Part shown: positions 50,301-62,981 of the stretch, in pieces
Position numbering within the stretch: position 1 is the first letter of the stretch
Layout of the letters: every line of letters begins with the position of its first letter
Source: Macrostomum hystrix
Lineage: Eukaryota; Animalia; Platyhelminthes
DNA length: 64,000 nt
Direction of reading: 5' to 3'
Assembly (NCBI GenBank): GCA_950097015.1
Contig: CATNEN010000003.1
Span: 4,092,001 to 4,156,000 of the forward strand
Position numbers and translations under genes: made by a program
Notes under the pieces: generated by a model
Told to the model about the DNA's origin: nothing
Databases searched by the model: none
What the model saw: the letters and a program-made list of their open reading frames with translations, nothing else

Positions 50301-51176
50301 GGTTGTCTTTAGTTTGGTTTCGTGATTTGAATCGTTCTGGCATTGTTCTATTTATTGGCTTTGCGGCTGAATAACATATGGCAATTTCACATACTGTCGT
50401 GTAGGTGTTGCGAGGCTATTTCGATTGTAGAGTTACCAGGAGAGTATCTTGTCACGTTTAGTGTCGTGCGAGCTGTCAGGTTTTTTTGTTTTTACTTTAG
50501 CTGCATTTTCAGTCTCTGTTATTCGGTCTGAAAATCGTTGGGCCCTTAAAAAGTTATTGACAAGGCATACTGTGCATTTATCTATTGAGGCAAACAGTGT
50601 ATTTGTAATTATGTAATTTTTTTTAACTTTGAGAATTTTCCGAAATCCATATCAACTATTTGTGTCTCATGAGAAGCCTCCGACCACTCAGTCAGCAAGG
50701 AACTCAAAAATATAATAAATGATTTTATGAGCAACAATATGCATATTGAACGGATGAAAAAAGCGATTGAGTCTATACAATAACTTTCTACTCATATAGT
50801 TGTATCATTGGAAATCCAAAAAATGTTTTCGTCAAATACTTGTATATTTTAACAGTTGCAATTCCGGCAGCGTATATAGTGTTGCGTCTGCGTGAAATGG
50901 ATGTATCGATTTGAAATAAAATGTCGATGTGGCAACCAGCACATTAAGGGAAAGCCAAATTTATTCAATGATACCAAAGGCCGATAGCTAGAAATAAATG
51001 TGGTCTCTGTGTTTGACAGAATTCTTCTAAATGAATAATGGTCGGCATTTAGTAAAGCGCATGAACTAAGACACTTTTTACATTCAAGTGAAACTTTAGC
51101 ACGACTTTTCATTGACAGCCAGAGAAGCACAGAAAGAAGTGGAAAGCTGTCAACACCTAAGAATGCTTTTTTATCA

Positions 51177-51443
51177 TCAGGCGCAGTCGACAATGTCGCT
51201 CGCACGGATCGCATTATCTTTGGTCGCATCTTCGTCTAGCTGGTTGGACTTGGCTCGCAGCTGCTTTGCGGCCTCGCGCAGCCGTTGAGCCTGTGATCGC
51301 GCTTTGACAGCTTCTTCTAGCAACCAGGCCAGATGATCCTCGCTTTTGCGCAGCCGGATTTCAAGCTTCCTGATCTCTTTCTTGGCGGCCCTCACCTCGG
51401 CCAGATGACGCCGACGACTCTGGTCACCTCCAACTTCTGCCAA
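51177..51443 (-). CDS. Possible short coiled-coil exon/ORF
   Basis: GC-rich island with heptad-like sequence and a TTGGCAG acceptor at its 5' end; no in-frame ATG or partner exon found. Confidence 0.3.
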   Translation of the reverse strand: MAEVGGDQSRRRHLAEVRAAKKEIRKLEIRLRKSEDHLAWLLEEAVKARSQAQRLREAAKQLRAKSNQLDEDATKDNAIRASDIVDCA

Positions 51444-51552
51444 ATTTAGTTATTGAGGTCCTTGTTTACTTTAATTGCATCTTCAATGCCCTATTAAGCT
51501 TCCCGTGTAGCATAGTGGTTTGATAGAACTTTAGACTTCTCGATGCCGGGAG

Positions 51553-51705
51553 CAATTTTTGTCCATGAGCAAGACACTTAAGCTGAAAATGCGTACCTGT
51601 AGTGGCTGGGGTAGATGGGTGTGGCGGCTTCGCCAGTCCATCGACTGAACTTCTGGAAGCGCCGCGCAAAAAATGCTTCTGGCTGTACACCTGGTTCAAC
51701 TGGCC
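51553..51705 (+). mobile_element. Degenerate family-B SINE fragment
   Basis: GCAAGACACTTAA...CCAGTCCAT.GACTGAAC...GCGCCGCGCAA matches the reverse complement of 51920-52125. Confidence 0.55.
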
Positions 51706-51919
51706 TTAGTGTGATAGTCTTTATCTTTTTCTATTTTTATGCCTAAATAACTTTGTCTATCTAATTTCGTCTAATAGTGAACGAGTGAAAGAGGAAAAAA
51801 ATCGAAAGACAGTTCGGAAGCAATTAAGCTTTGATAAAAGGGCAACGCACTTTGGGGCGAATAATCATGCTTAGTAATCACACGAGACAATGAATTAATG
51901 CAGTTTGAATTAATCAAGA

Positions 51920-52125
51920 CAGCGCAGCTATTGCGCGGCGCATCTGAAGGCTGCGTACGGCTGTTCAGTCCATGGACTGGAGGGACGCCACGCCCATCCT
52001 CAATTACCCCGGCTAATGCTGGTACCCAATTAACAGCTGTGTGAACTGAAGCAATGCAGAGTTAAGTGTCTTGCTAAAGAATACAAATTGTTCCAGTCGA
52101 GACTGGAATCGAACCCCGACCTTTG
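51920..52125 (-). mobile_element. Family-B SINE with a CORE-like central domain (partial copy also at 53963-54123)
   Basis: B box GGTTCGATTCC. GCAAGACACTTAACTCTGCATTGCTTCAGTTCACACAGCTGTTAATTGGGTACC resembles the CORE-SINE domain. Confidence 0.65.
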
Positions 52126-52861
52126 AAGCATTGTATTCGATATCAATAAACGTAGAAAAAGCATTTGTTTTAATTATTTATTTTAACTATATTAAAAATG
52201 GATTTTTCGGTTAATAAACATAACAAAGTCACGGAACCACGGTCGCAATACCCAAATCAATGGCCATAAAAAAACTATCTAGCCCATTGCCGTAACTTTG
52301 GCGCCTACGCATTTTAGACGAATTTTAAGCTCCCAACTTGAAATTGAATAATTCAAGCGTACTCCAAGGAAAATTATATTATGTCACGTTTCACGGCGTT
52401 GCCTATCAGAAGTCGATGTTAAAAATAGCTGTCTTTCTTGTAGTGGAACGACTTTTGTGGAATGAGATTACCCATGCACAATTTGAAAGCAGTGTGACTT
52501 TCTGGAAACTAACGTCACAACTTTTATCCGCTCATAGATATGAAATTGGTAGTACGTCAGTTCTACATTCTGCAGTTGAACTTTGGCATTCTTATAGTGC
52601 ACGAATGGTTTGTTAGTGCGAAGCAAGAAATATTGTGTGACACAATATTACACATAATATTGTCATATTCAGTGTAATTTCTGGGTAATATTCTGTGCCC
52701 GACAGGTTGGAATAATCCATGTGAGTTGCAAAGGCTGCAAACATTATTGATAAAACGAATTTCGCTAATTTTTTAGCTATGACTTTCTCTCAAAACTCGC
52801 CCCAACCTCATTGTTTAGAGAGATCGTATTATAAGTAGAATGTTAATAGATTGATAGAAAT

Positions 52862-53072
52862 GAGACCTGGACCAGCTCTAGGCCAGATCTACAGCCAGTG
52901 GCACAGCTGCAGGCGCTTGAGATTCGCTTTGAAAGGCTGGGTACAACTGTCAAGTCCATATGGACTGTGGCCGCCATAACGACCTAAATTTCTACCGACG
53001 GAAGCGATGCGAGAATTAAGATTTGAACTCCGAACCTCAGTTGAGAAATCCAAAGCTCTTACCAGTGAGCTG
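52862..53072 (-). mobile_element. tRNA-derived SINE-like fragment
   Basis: A box AGCTCACTGGTAAGAGC and B box GGAGTTCAAATC; 3' part is similar to 53977-54010. Confidence 0.5.
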
Positions 53073-53134
53073 TTTTTATTAATTTAAATAATTAATATAG
53101 TTCCCCAGTTAACTGACGTACACCAAGTTTTTAA

Positions 53135-55531
<2,397 letters not shown>

Positions 55532-56235
55532 GGCCTCCTTAGTATGATTTATTTGTTTTGTACTTCAAACTGAAGTATTCATAAATGTTAAAATACTGAA
55601 AAATTTAGTGAAGCCAAAACGTTAAAAACGATGTAAAAATACACTTACTCATGTCATACAATATTGTGACACTTTTAGTCAACAGGCATAAGGCATCTCT
55701 TCTATGGCAATAATGCCTCAGTGCTAGAAAATATATGCTTAATTTACGTCGCATTTCATGAAAGCAATCAGCTGAGACTATATTTTAAGAAGGATGTAGA
55801 TTTAGAAATTAAAACTTCATTTGGCATAAAAAATTGCCGATTTTTGTTACTTCTTTTATTTGAATAAAACTGGATATTCGCGGAAATGATTAGCAGTTCG
55901 CACGCAAAGACCTTGCGAAACTTTTACCACAACCAACCAGCATTCTTGCATGATATTCGCATTCTGTATATCACATGTTGTGATTATATGTTTTTAAAAC
56001 AGTGCTTAGCAAAAAGTTATATGCCTCGAGCGCAAAATAGGACAGACGGCTGGATTTCGACTCAATATAGATAGGCCGTACTAAGACAGGGTAAATGAGA
56101 CAATGCACGGATGAGAATGATGATGTTGATATGATCTATTGGAAAAGGTGATGCAAAGGAACGAGAGCGATATGAGCGCAGATTCTTGAGCATTGCAGGC
56201 CTGACAACAAAATTTTGAGGGCAATAGCCCCTTAG

Positions 56236-56570
56236 CCGGGGGTGATTGGCAGAGCGGATAACGCGTTTGCCTCTCGCACCAAGGTCCCTGATCTTGATTC
56301 CGCGGCGAAGCCACATTCAGTTGAAGGCGCAGCCACGAAGAGAAGGCTTGGGGCTTGTCGTGCAATCTACGCAAGAGTGAAGTGTCTCTGCCTGACGATG
56401 AGAAAGTGTGTACACATGTGTGAGCGTGTGCCTGCGTACGGTATCTGTGTGCGCGTGAGTGGGCAGGAGTGGGCAGAAATGGGCGGAATTGCCTCCTCGC
56501 TGGCTGCGGATCTAGTGCCACCAAATGATGATGTGCCATTGCACGCAGCCCTCCGGCAATTATTGTTATT
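56236..56570 (+). mobile_element. Full-length family-A SINE
   Basis: A and B boxes, (TTA)n tail, perfect 12-bp TSD ATAGCCCCTTAG at 56224-56235 and 56571-56582. Confidence 0.9.
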
Positions 56571-57436
56571 ATAGCCCCTTAGTGTCTGTGCCTAAGCCTG
56601 CATCCGCACCAAAAATTAGGCATTCCAGGATGCGGGGATTGAGACTTTTTTCGTGGATGAAGTCCCGAGATTTTTAATCCCATGGTCACAATGCTCCGGG
56701 ATCCCCGTCGAGAGGCATTCCAGGGCCTAAATCCCCGGGATAGCGACGTGGATTAAGCAGCTTTTAAAAAAGCAGCTTGTTGAGTTCAACGCAGTTTGTT
56801 TAAGGGTACATTTTAGAGTTTAAAATTCTCTAGCGTTTTAGAGTGTCAAGCGTCAAAGCGTCAAGCTACTTTGTGAAATTTAAGTAATAATATCGATTCG
56901 AATGGACGTGTAGAGGTAAAGTCAATAAAGCTTTTCTGTGCTGTAACTGCATAGGCATTCCAGTCACGGGATTCAATGCATTTCAATACTATGATTACAC
57001 TTAAGCGAAACAAAACAATCTGCTAATCTGCGTGTTACTAATCTGAAATCATTATATTACATCATATCGTTCTTTTAGTTCACAATTTAGTATATAGGAT
57101 TACATTTTATTTAAGCAAAATATCGGAGCATTATAGTTTTTGCTCTGTGTTAACTTGTTTTGCATATCGTTACAACCTTTTAAAAGTTTTAAATCGGATA
57201 AAAAATCAAGTCGAAGTTCAACTGCATGGCTCTGAGAAATGTGGAGGTCAATCACAAATCTCAAAAGTTTCGATGACCCGCCGCAGAAAAAGCTATGGGG
57301 CGCCCCACTCCATAGATCAGCCACTGACTGATTTAAGCTTAAGACTTCTAGCATCAGGATTCAGAACTCAGGCAAGAAGCTTAGATAGACACGGGAGCGG
57401 CCATGGATATGTAAATAGCGATTGTGTACATACGAG

Positions 57437-58840
57437 CTATAATCATGGAGGAAAGAATAGAATGGAGTGCCAATCTGAGCCGGTTATTTTTGTTTCCCTC
57501 GATCTTCACTTTTAACATCCCGTTCTCCCCCCGTTCCTTCCTATTGGCTCGTGACTGCCATAGACGAACTCGTTTACGTCCCCCTCTGAAAGTAATATCG
57601 TGGACTATGTGACTATAATAGTATATTATTACCCAGGCTTTCAGGGCGATAATGGGAAAGCCAGAGGGCGCCGAAGGCGCCCGAGGGATTTCTCATTATC
57701 GCCCGCAAAGCCTGGGTAATACTGTGATTGTACCATAGACTATGTGGCTTATAGTATGTGGCTATACGTTAAAATACACAAAAATAATCCATTATCGGCC
57801 CAACTTTTCGGGCCAAAATGACATCGTCTATGGCAATAATCGAATATCAGCCCGCCCGATAGCCACGTAGTCATGGTACAATGGAACTTTACCGGTTGGG
57901 TGCCGAGCAAGTTAATGGCGGTCGATCGAGGCGCGTAAAATACTTTAATTGATAATTTAAAGAAACAAATATAAGCGTCCAAATTTAGTCAGCTTCTGGT
58001 TCATGGCGGATTGGCGCAGTTTGTGCCATAGACATGCCATTATCGCTGAGTGATCGTTTATACCATAATACGTTGCTGAAGCCTTATAATGCCAGTGGAA
58101 ACCGCATTTAAGGCTTTGAGCAAAAGATTCATTCTGCGTCCCTCTGTATATTAGGTCAAGTCATAAGATTAAATCTAAATCCTGTCAATGATACAATACG
58201 GTGATACGGTATATTTTACAGTGTACATAAAAAAGTCGTTCGGTACAAAGAAAACGATATGTGAAGAAAATAGCGAAAGGGACAGCCAAAGGGAACAGAA
58301 AATACTTATATACATGGAAAATAAGAGGCAGCACTGAATTCTGCTGGAAAAGCATAAAACACATTTAATTTAACTAATTGCTGTCAGTTCATGCAGTAAC
58401 TCTTAGAAACTAAGTGAACTAAAATGCATGCGATTCTGGCAGCGTCCTGCGAAGAAGATGAAGATTGTGGCGAACGGAGAGTGGAACTGTGTAACCATCA
58501 CATGGGAGTGACAATCTACTTTTATTCCTTCAATAGCGTGAACTTTCGGTTATCTGCTGTTCTTGTTTTCGCGTTTCGCGAATTCGTTTTGTGTTCATCC
58601 TATTTCCTGACGCTTCAAGTCCTCAAATCGTTTCTCAGGCCTCAAAACGAGGACTGAGAAACGGTTTAGAGCCTCGTAAAATAAAGTGTTTACCATAGAC
58701 AGTTGGTTATTCTACAAAAAAGAAGAACCTCGTTAAACGATACATTAAATAGTTGTAGTAGGTTAAAAGTGAAGATCGAGCGAAACAAAAATAACCGGCT
58801 CAGATTGGCACTCCATTCTCTTCTTTCCTCCATGGCTATA
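57437..58840. repeat. About 80-bp inverted repeats (57437-57516 / 58761-58840) enclosing a 95-bp hairpin (57627-57721)
   Basis: CATGGAGGAAAGAA.AGAATGGAGTGCCAATCTGAGCCGGTTATTTTTGTTTC.CTCGATCTTCACTTTTAAC occurs in both orientations. The hairpin is centred on GGGCGCC-GAA-GGCGCCC. Confidence 0.8.
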
Positions 58841-59174
58841 CTGTTTTCCTTTCTCGAGGAAGGTGTAAGACATTGTGTAAGACATTACCCATCGATAAAG
58901 TACGGCCGTTCGAGCCATACAAGAACAAAAATAGCACACTATATGGTCTAATATACTCTTGTCCTTGCGGGTTCCAAACGAAAGTCTTAAATGAAACGAT
59001 GCAGACTTTTTAGTGTCCAATCGGCGCTCGCTGATTGGGTGTAAACACCCACCCCAGGCACCCACCCCAGGCACCCACCCCTCCGCTTTTAGCTGGGTTG
59101 TATTTCAGCCGGCACCCCCGTGCTGCCCAGCCTTGTCTCTTCGCGCTGCGTGGTGTGAAATTTTTTCTACTGCA

Positions 59175-60259
59175 ATGGCTGAGCTTCCAATTGACCGGCT
59201 TACGGCTCGCCAGTTAAGAGACCGCCTGATTCAACTTGGCCTGCCTAGCAGCGGTCGCAAGCGTGAACTGCAAGTCAGACTGGAACAATCCAGTTTAGTC
59301 AGCCGAACCACACGCCGCGTGCAGCAAAGGTCAACCGCTTCGGCCCAAGTCGAGGACGACGGCAGCACCTGCAGCGAAGAGGACGGCGAGGCGAACCCGG
59401 ACCAGGCGAGTGATCTGGGAGGCGGCGACGACCTGGACCAGAGGATCGCCAGACAAGAGAAGCTGCTCCGCCTGAGAACGCTTCAGCGCCAAACAGCGGA
59501 GATTGAAGCCGAGCTTGGAAAGGACGGCCAGCGCAGACAGAGTGGTAAGTCGACTAGCCCGATGCTGCTTAACCAAACCCTCAGTGCCCACGAGCCGGAG
59601 CAGCATCTGCCAGTGCCAGACTGGGAACTCCCCGGCAGCTACACTAAGCCAGCTGCCACCTCGAGGCCTCTGCTGGTGAGAGACTTCATCGATCGTGACT
59701 TCGAGGAGCCTGCGCCCCAATTAGCGAATTAGCGAAGACTAGAGCCCGAACTGAGAACATCACGGCCGGTCAGTGGGTTGCAGGCAGCGGCCGCATCCTG
59801 CTGAGACTGCTTGACGACGGTGCCCTAGTCACAATGAGAAACGGCACCATGGATTTGAGTGAGCTGAAAGCCTATGTGCGGTACTGCGTACAGTTCGGCG
59901 AGTTCATGCATCAGGGCTTCAGCCAGGCCGCCCTCAACGACTACGACGAAGACTTCAGGATCCTGCAGCACCAGACCAGCGGCAGCTGGGAGCGGGAGTC
60001 GTTGCAGCTGCTGTCCAAGCACATTCTGGCACCTAAACCCAATCCTGCTGGCAGTTCGACCTATTCGCGGCCTGGCTTCAAGTTCAGCAAAATGAGAAAC
60101 CAGACAAGCGGCTTGGTCGGCCCAACCGACGCTGAAGGTCGGGAGCTGTGCGTCAAATTCAACCGAAACAGCTGCCACAGACGCGACTGCAAGTTCAGAC
60201 ACGCGTGCTCTGCCTGCTACGCGGCGCACCCGCGCCAGCTCTGCACGTCAAAAAACTAG
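59175..60259 (+). pseudogene. Ngaro Gag-like ORF1 (N-terminal SAP domain, C-terminal CCCH/CCHC fingers) frameshifted by an 8-bp duplication
   Basis: LTARQLRDRLIQLGLPSSGRKRELQVRL is a SAP motif; CVKFNRNSCHRRDCKFRHACSACYAAH are the fingers. Removing one AATTAGCG (59719-59734) restores a 358-aa ORF. Confidence 0.85.
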
Positions 60260-62736
60260 ATTGCGGCCGGCCGGGGGACTTGATCGACGGCCCAGCTGCA
60301 CCGGCCGATTCTGACAATGTCGATCACCCGCTCCCCCCTGGCCGGCCTCAAGCTAAGCCCATCGAGTCCGTTGCCTTCTCTTCTGACCTTATCACCGCCG
60401 CCTGGGATGCCGAGCTGCTCGGCGATCCCGATCGTGACTTCCTGCTGAACGGTGTCCGCAACGGCTTCCGCCTCACCTGCCCCAGCGCCCCTGACAATCA
60501 GCCTAATAGCACTTTCTCTCAGAACTACTTCTCCGCTGACAGTAATCGGCTACTGGTCGAGCAGCAGGTGCGGGAAGAAGTGGCCAACGGCCGTTACGTG
60601 AAAGTTAGCAACAAGCCGGACGTCATCAGCGCCCTTGGTGCCATCCCGAAAGGAAACAACAAGATCCGGCTGATCCACGACTGCTCGCAACCTCCGGACC
60701 TCTCGCTGAACAGCCGTTTCTCCTCTGACTACCAGATCAAGTTTGAGACCGTCAGCCAGTTCACTGCCAAGCTGCAGCCAGGTTGGTTCATGGCGAAGGT
60801 CGACTTGGCCAATGCTTACCGCAGTGTCGGAATCAGTCCCCACGACTTCCGCTACACTGGTCTACAGTGGAAGTTCAGCGATCAACCGAGCCCGACGTAC
60901 CTGTGCGACACGCGCCTGCCATTCGGCGCGGCAGCTTCAGTGGAAGTCTTCCACCGCCTCAGCCAGTCCATCAAGCGCATGATGCAGCGACGCGGCTTCA
61001 GCAATATCGGGAGTTACCTCGATGACTTTGCCGTGGCGGCAGAAACTGAGATCGCCTGCCAGCAAGCTCTGGACACTCTACTTCATCTGCTGCGGCGTCT
61101 AGGCTTCTCCATCAACTGGAGCAAAGTAGCTCTGCCGTGCACTAGGCTGGTGTACCTGGGCGTCATGATTGACACCAACAGCGGCCTGCTAGAGCTCCCA
61201 AAGGACAAGCTCGAGGTCACGAAAGCGCAGCTGCAATCCGCACTCTCGCACAAGCGGCGCATCACCAAGCGCCAGCTCCAATCTCTCTGTGGCCGCATCA
61301 ACTGGGTTTGCCAGGTCGTCCGTATCGGGAGGTGTTTCCTGAGGCCGCTCCTGCTGGAACTCAATAAGTTAAAGCAGCACTGCCACAAACTGCGCATGCA
61401 CAACGATCTCCGCGAGACCATCCTCTGGTGGGTGGCCTGCCTGGCCAAGACCCCCAGCTGCCGCATCTGGAGGACCGCCGGGCCAGCCTGGGCAATCGAG
61501 TCGGACGCATCCAATTGGGGAGGCTGCGGCATCATCCGCGGCCCAGGCGTCACTAACTGGCTCATCATCGACTGGCAACGCGATAGTCCGGAGCTCGAAA
61601 CTCTGCACATCAATTTTAAGGAGAGCCTCGCGCCCGTGTTCACGGCTCTGCACTTTCAACAAAAGCTGCAACCAGGAAGCAACCTGGTGATCTACTCGGA
61701 CAGCACGGCCGCTGTCGGCGCCATCAACAAGGGCTCCTCGCCGAACCCGATTGTCAACACAGCCCTGCAGCAGCTCGCGCTTCTCGCCGCTCACCGCGAT
61801 CTCGTTATCCAAGCCTTCCACGTGCCTGGGACGTTCCAGATCTTTGCGGACAGCGGCAGTCGCGCAGATGACACCAGCGAGCTGGCAAATTTTCTGCTCC
61901 GGCTCTACGGCACAGTGGACATTGAAACTGACAACCTTCATGAGCACACCCTTTCGTCCGCCGCCCGCCAATTCCTTTCTTTGCAGATCGCTCGCCTACG
62001 GTCCCGGGTTCGCACCTCAGCCGCCGCTACCACGAGCTCTGCAGCCTGGCCTTCGCAGGCACGACAGCGCGCTCCTACCGCTGCCAGATTGCCTCTTGGC
62101 AACGCTTCTGTAAGCGAACGCGCATTGACAGCACCAGACCGTCAGCACAGCAGGTCGCGCACTACGTCATCGTGCTGGCCGACCGCCTCACATCGCATGC
62201 CAGCATTGGCGCATACCTTAACGCCGCCGACCTGTACTGCAAGCTGCAGACTGGCCGCGGCCTCCCAAGCGACCCTCGCATCGACCTGCTCCTCCGCGGC
62301 GTGCGACGCAAGCTGGCCAGGCCACCCGCGCGCAAGGCTCCAATCAAGCCAAACCACCTGCTCAAAATGCGGGGAGTACTGCAGCTGCATATTCCGGAGG
62401 ACGCAGCCTTCTGGGCGGCTGTCCTGGTCGGATTCTGGGGCCTGCTGCGCCGCGCAAACCTGTGCTGCCCGACCCCAATGCCGCCACCGGGAGAGGCCAT
62501 CATCGTTAAAGACCTACGGCTGGGCTCGGACCTGGCAATCCTGCATGTCCGCAAGTCCAAGACCAATCAGTTCCGTGAGCGAGTGCACCGCGTGGTCCTG
62601 CCACGCCTTCGACGCGAGGCGCAGCACCCGCTCTGTCCGGTGGCAGCGCTGCGACACCACCTGCACGCCAACCAGCCCGTCCCTGCTTCAGCCCATCTCT
62701 TCGCCTTCCGCCATTGCGGTGGTCTCGTGCCAATGA
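60148..62736 (+). CDS. Ngaro Pol: reverse transcriptase + RNase H, with a 3' extension overlapping the YR frame
   Basis: RLIHDCS, KVDLANAY, LPFG, YLDDF, YLG, ESDAS, HINFKE, YSDSTA and ADSGSR motifs. Confidence 0.9.
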   Translation: MRQIQPKQLPQTRLQVQTRVLCLLRGAPAPALHVKKLDCGRPGDLIDGPAAPADSDNVDHPLPPGRPQAKPIESVAFSSDLITAAWDAELLGDPDRDFLLNGVRNGFRLTCPSAPDNQPNSTFSQNYFSADSNRLLVEQQVREEVANGRYVKVSNKPDVISALGAIPKGNNKIRLIHDCSQPPDLSLNSRFSSDYQIKFETVSQFTAKLQPGWFMAKVDLANAYRSVGISPHDFRYTGLQWKFSDQPSPTYLCDTRLPFGAAASVEVFHRLSQSIKRMMQRRGFSNIGSYLDDFAVAAETEIACQQALDTLLHLLRRLGFSINWSKVALPCTRLVYLGVMIDTNSGLLELPKDKLEVTKAQLQSALSHKRRITKRQLQSLCGRINWVCQVVRIGRCFLRPLLLELNKLKQHCHKLRMHNDLRETILWWVACLAKTPSCRIWRTAGPAWAIESDASNWGGCGIIRGPGVTNWLIIDWQRDSPELETLHINFKESLAPVFTALHFQQKLQPGSNLVIYSDSTAAVGAINKGSSPNPIVNTALQQLALLAAHRDLVIQAFHVPGTFQIFADSGSRADDTSELANFLLRLYGTVDIETDNLHEHTLSSAARQFLSLQIARLRSRVRTSAAATTSSAAWPSQARQRAPTAARLPLGNASVSERALTAPDRQHSRSRTTSSCWPTASHRMPALAHTLTPPTCTASCRLAAASQATLASTCSSAACDASWPGHPRARLQSSQTTCSKCGEYCSCIFRRTQPSGRLSWSDSGACCAAQTCAARPQCRHRERPSSLKTYGWARTWQSCMSASPRPISSVSECTAWSCHAFDARRSTRSVRWQRCDTTCTPTSPSLLQPISSPSAIAVVSCQ

Positions 62737-62981
62737 CCGCCACCCGGTTCTGCCGCCTGTTTCGCCGCGCAGTCAACCTCGCCGGCCTGGGAGGACTATC
62801 GCTCTCACCGCACAGCCTCCGTCGCGGTGGTGCCTCCCTAGCCTTTCGGGAAGGCATCCCGCTGCCCGTCGTCAAGGCGCTGGGAGACTGGCGGAGTTCG
62901 GCGGTGGAGGCGTACCTTGGGTTGGAGTCGGGCCTCGACCTGCAACTGGCAGCTGCTCAAAAACTATCAGCGTGCGTTTGA
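61987..62981 (+). CDS. Ngaro tyrosine recombinase (frame open from about 61983; no ATG at the 5' end)
   Basis: Catalytic residues intact: GLLRRANL (R), KSKTNQ (K), HSLRRGGA (HxxR), GDW..AVEAY (W, Y). Confidence 0.9.
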
